Origin: Torpedo marmorata
Taxonomy: Eukaryota
Assembly (NCBI GenBank): GCA_977017645.1
Contig: OZ360238.1
Location: 42,966,001 to 43,030,000 of the forward strand
Length of the DNA stretch: 64,000 nt
Direction of reading: 5' to 3'
The position numbers and the translations under genes are program-made. This document shows, one piece after another, positions 62,860-64,000 of the stretch. The notes beneath the pieces are model-generated. The model ran no database searches. It was given only the letters and a program-made list of their open reading frames with translations, and had not been told where the DNA came from. Within the stretch, counting starts at the first letter, position 1. Each line of letters starts with the position of its first letter.

Positions 62860-63190
62860 TATGGTATCACTGACAAGGCCAACATTTATTGCCTATCCCC
62901 TTTTTCCCTTCTGAAGGAGGTGGTAAATGATGTATGACTGATTAGCTTGCCTGGGCATTTAATAAAAATCCAACTGCATGAACCAGACCAGGTGAGGATG
63001 GCAGATTTGTTCCCCTAAAGGGCATTAGGGAGCAGGATGGGTACTTACAGTAATCCAGAAGTTTTTTGATCATCATTATGAAGACTAAATGTTGTAGCAA
63101 ATTCCTAAATTATATTCCATAAGCTACCCTTTGGGATTTGAACTCAGGTCTCTGGATTGTTAGTCCAAGCCACTGGATTACTAGCCGGGC
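62860..63190 (-). mobile_element. Old SINE-like repeat
   Basis: gggatttgaactcagg (reverse B-box-like). The block gaccaggtgaggatggcagattt..ccctaaag also occurs near 32157-32220. Confidence 0.5.
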
Positions 63191-64000
63191 AAATTAATCA
63201 CCTCAAAACCTTGTGGCAACAGTGGATGAGTAAAGCATGAGTTCATAAAGCAGATGTTAATCAAAAATGTAAGCAAGTAATTAGCCCAAGTGTCAAGATA
63301 ACAGTTTTACATTCACACACTGTTAAGCCTGGGCATCCTTATTTTACATAAACTCTCATAGGTTATTTTATTCATTTATTTCTGATTTGGATTCTTTCTA
63401 GCATGAAATTGTCATGGCAATGCGACAGACCCTCAGGCAAATATTTGTGTGAAGCACTCGAGATTCATTCACTGATTGAATTTGTTGACTGTTATTTATT
63501 TATTTATTTGTTTGCTTATTTGTCATTATTGTGCTACCTGCTTCACAAGTTGACTTGTCTGAATAGCACGCAAAATAAAATCTTTTTACTGCATTTCGAT
63601 ATACGTGACAATGAACAATTCAAGTTTTGACTGCACCATGGAGATTTTATCTGACTTCAGAACCAGTCCATCAATTCAGATATGGGCCAAAATTTCATCC
63701 AATCAATAGGTTTCAACTGGTTTTTTTTCATGCAGCTTGGAGAAATCTTGATGAATTAGGAAATATAACTAACCTCCACCCCCTTCCCCTTCTCCCCTAT
63801 GCACTACCTCACTCCCATCCCCATTGTTCAATGGTTTACAACGTTTCCCTGTAAACTGCCAATTGGAAAGGCTGTAAAGAGAATAGAATAAACACGGAAA
63901 TTATATTCCTAACAAATAATTTTGGGAGACACACAATGGGTGATTAACCTGCTCATTGAATAAACTTCATTGTCTCTACTCATCCCAAAGTTCAAGTTTA

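Noticed and set aside
9480-64000. MAF or another host gene downstream of WWOX
   Set aside because: No bZIP or His/Gly-rich Maf peptide and no other recognisable host exon in the ORF track. Small exons cannot be excluded.

Overview
Eukaryotic genomic DNA, almost certainly from an elasmobranch (shark or ray), judged from HE1/V-SINE-type SINEs, CR1 and Rex1-like LINEs and Deu-domain SINEs. The only host coding sequence I can support is the terminal exon of WWOX (9291-9479, + strand). It is preceded by about 9 kb of the last intron and followed by a gene-poor, transposon-rich region (in other vertebrates the WWOX-MAF interval), with one assembly gap. The other longer ORFs belong to retroelements: CR1, Rex1/Babar-like, L1/Tx1, Penelope-like (PLE) and Gypsy. 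Most striking observations: (1) a 721-bp element with target-site duplication (TSD) and poly(A) that begins with U2 snRNA nt 4-37 and consists of a Tx1/Keno ORF1 start fused directly to the ORF2 end, a candidate U2-headed SINE-like family; (2) palindromic PLE-derived elements carrying minimal hammerhead-ribozyme motifs on both strands; (3) a composite hAT-type MITE built from two inverted palindromic MITEs around a captured spacer; (4) a twin-primed inverted L1 inside a Gypsy integrase; (5) a Gypsy remnant with integrase upstream of RT (Gmr1-like); (6) a 5S rRNA remnant and a solo LTR. Family names come from recalled motifs, not database searches, and most repeat boundaries are approximate unless a TSD fixes them.
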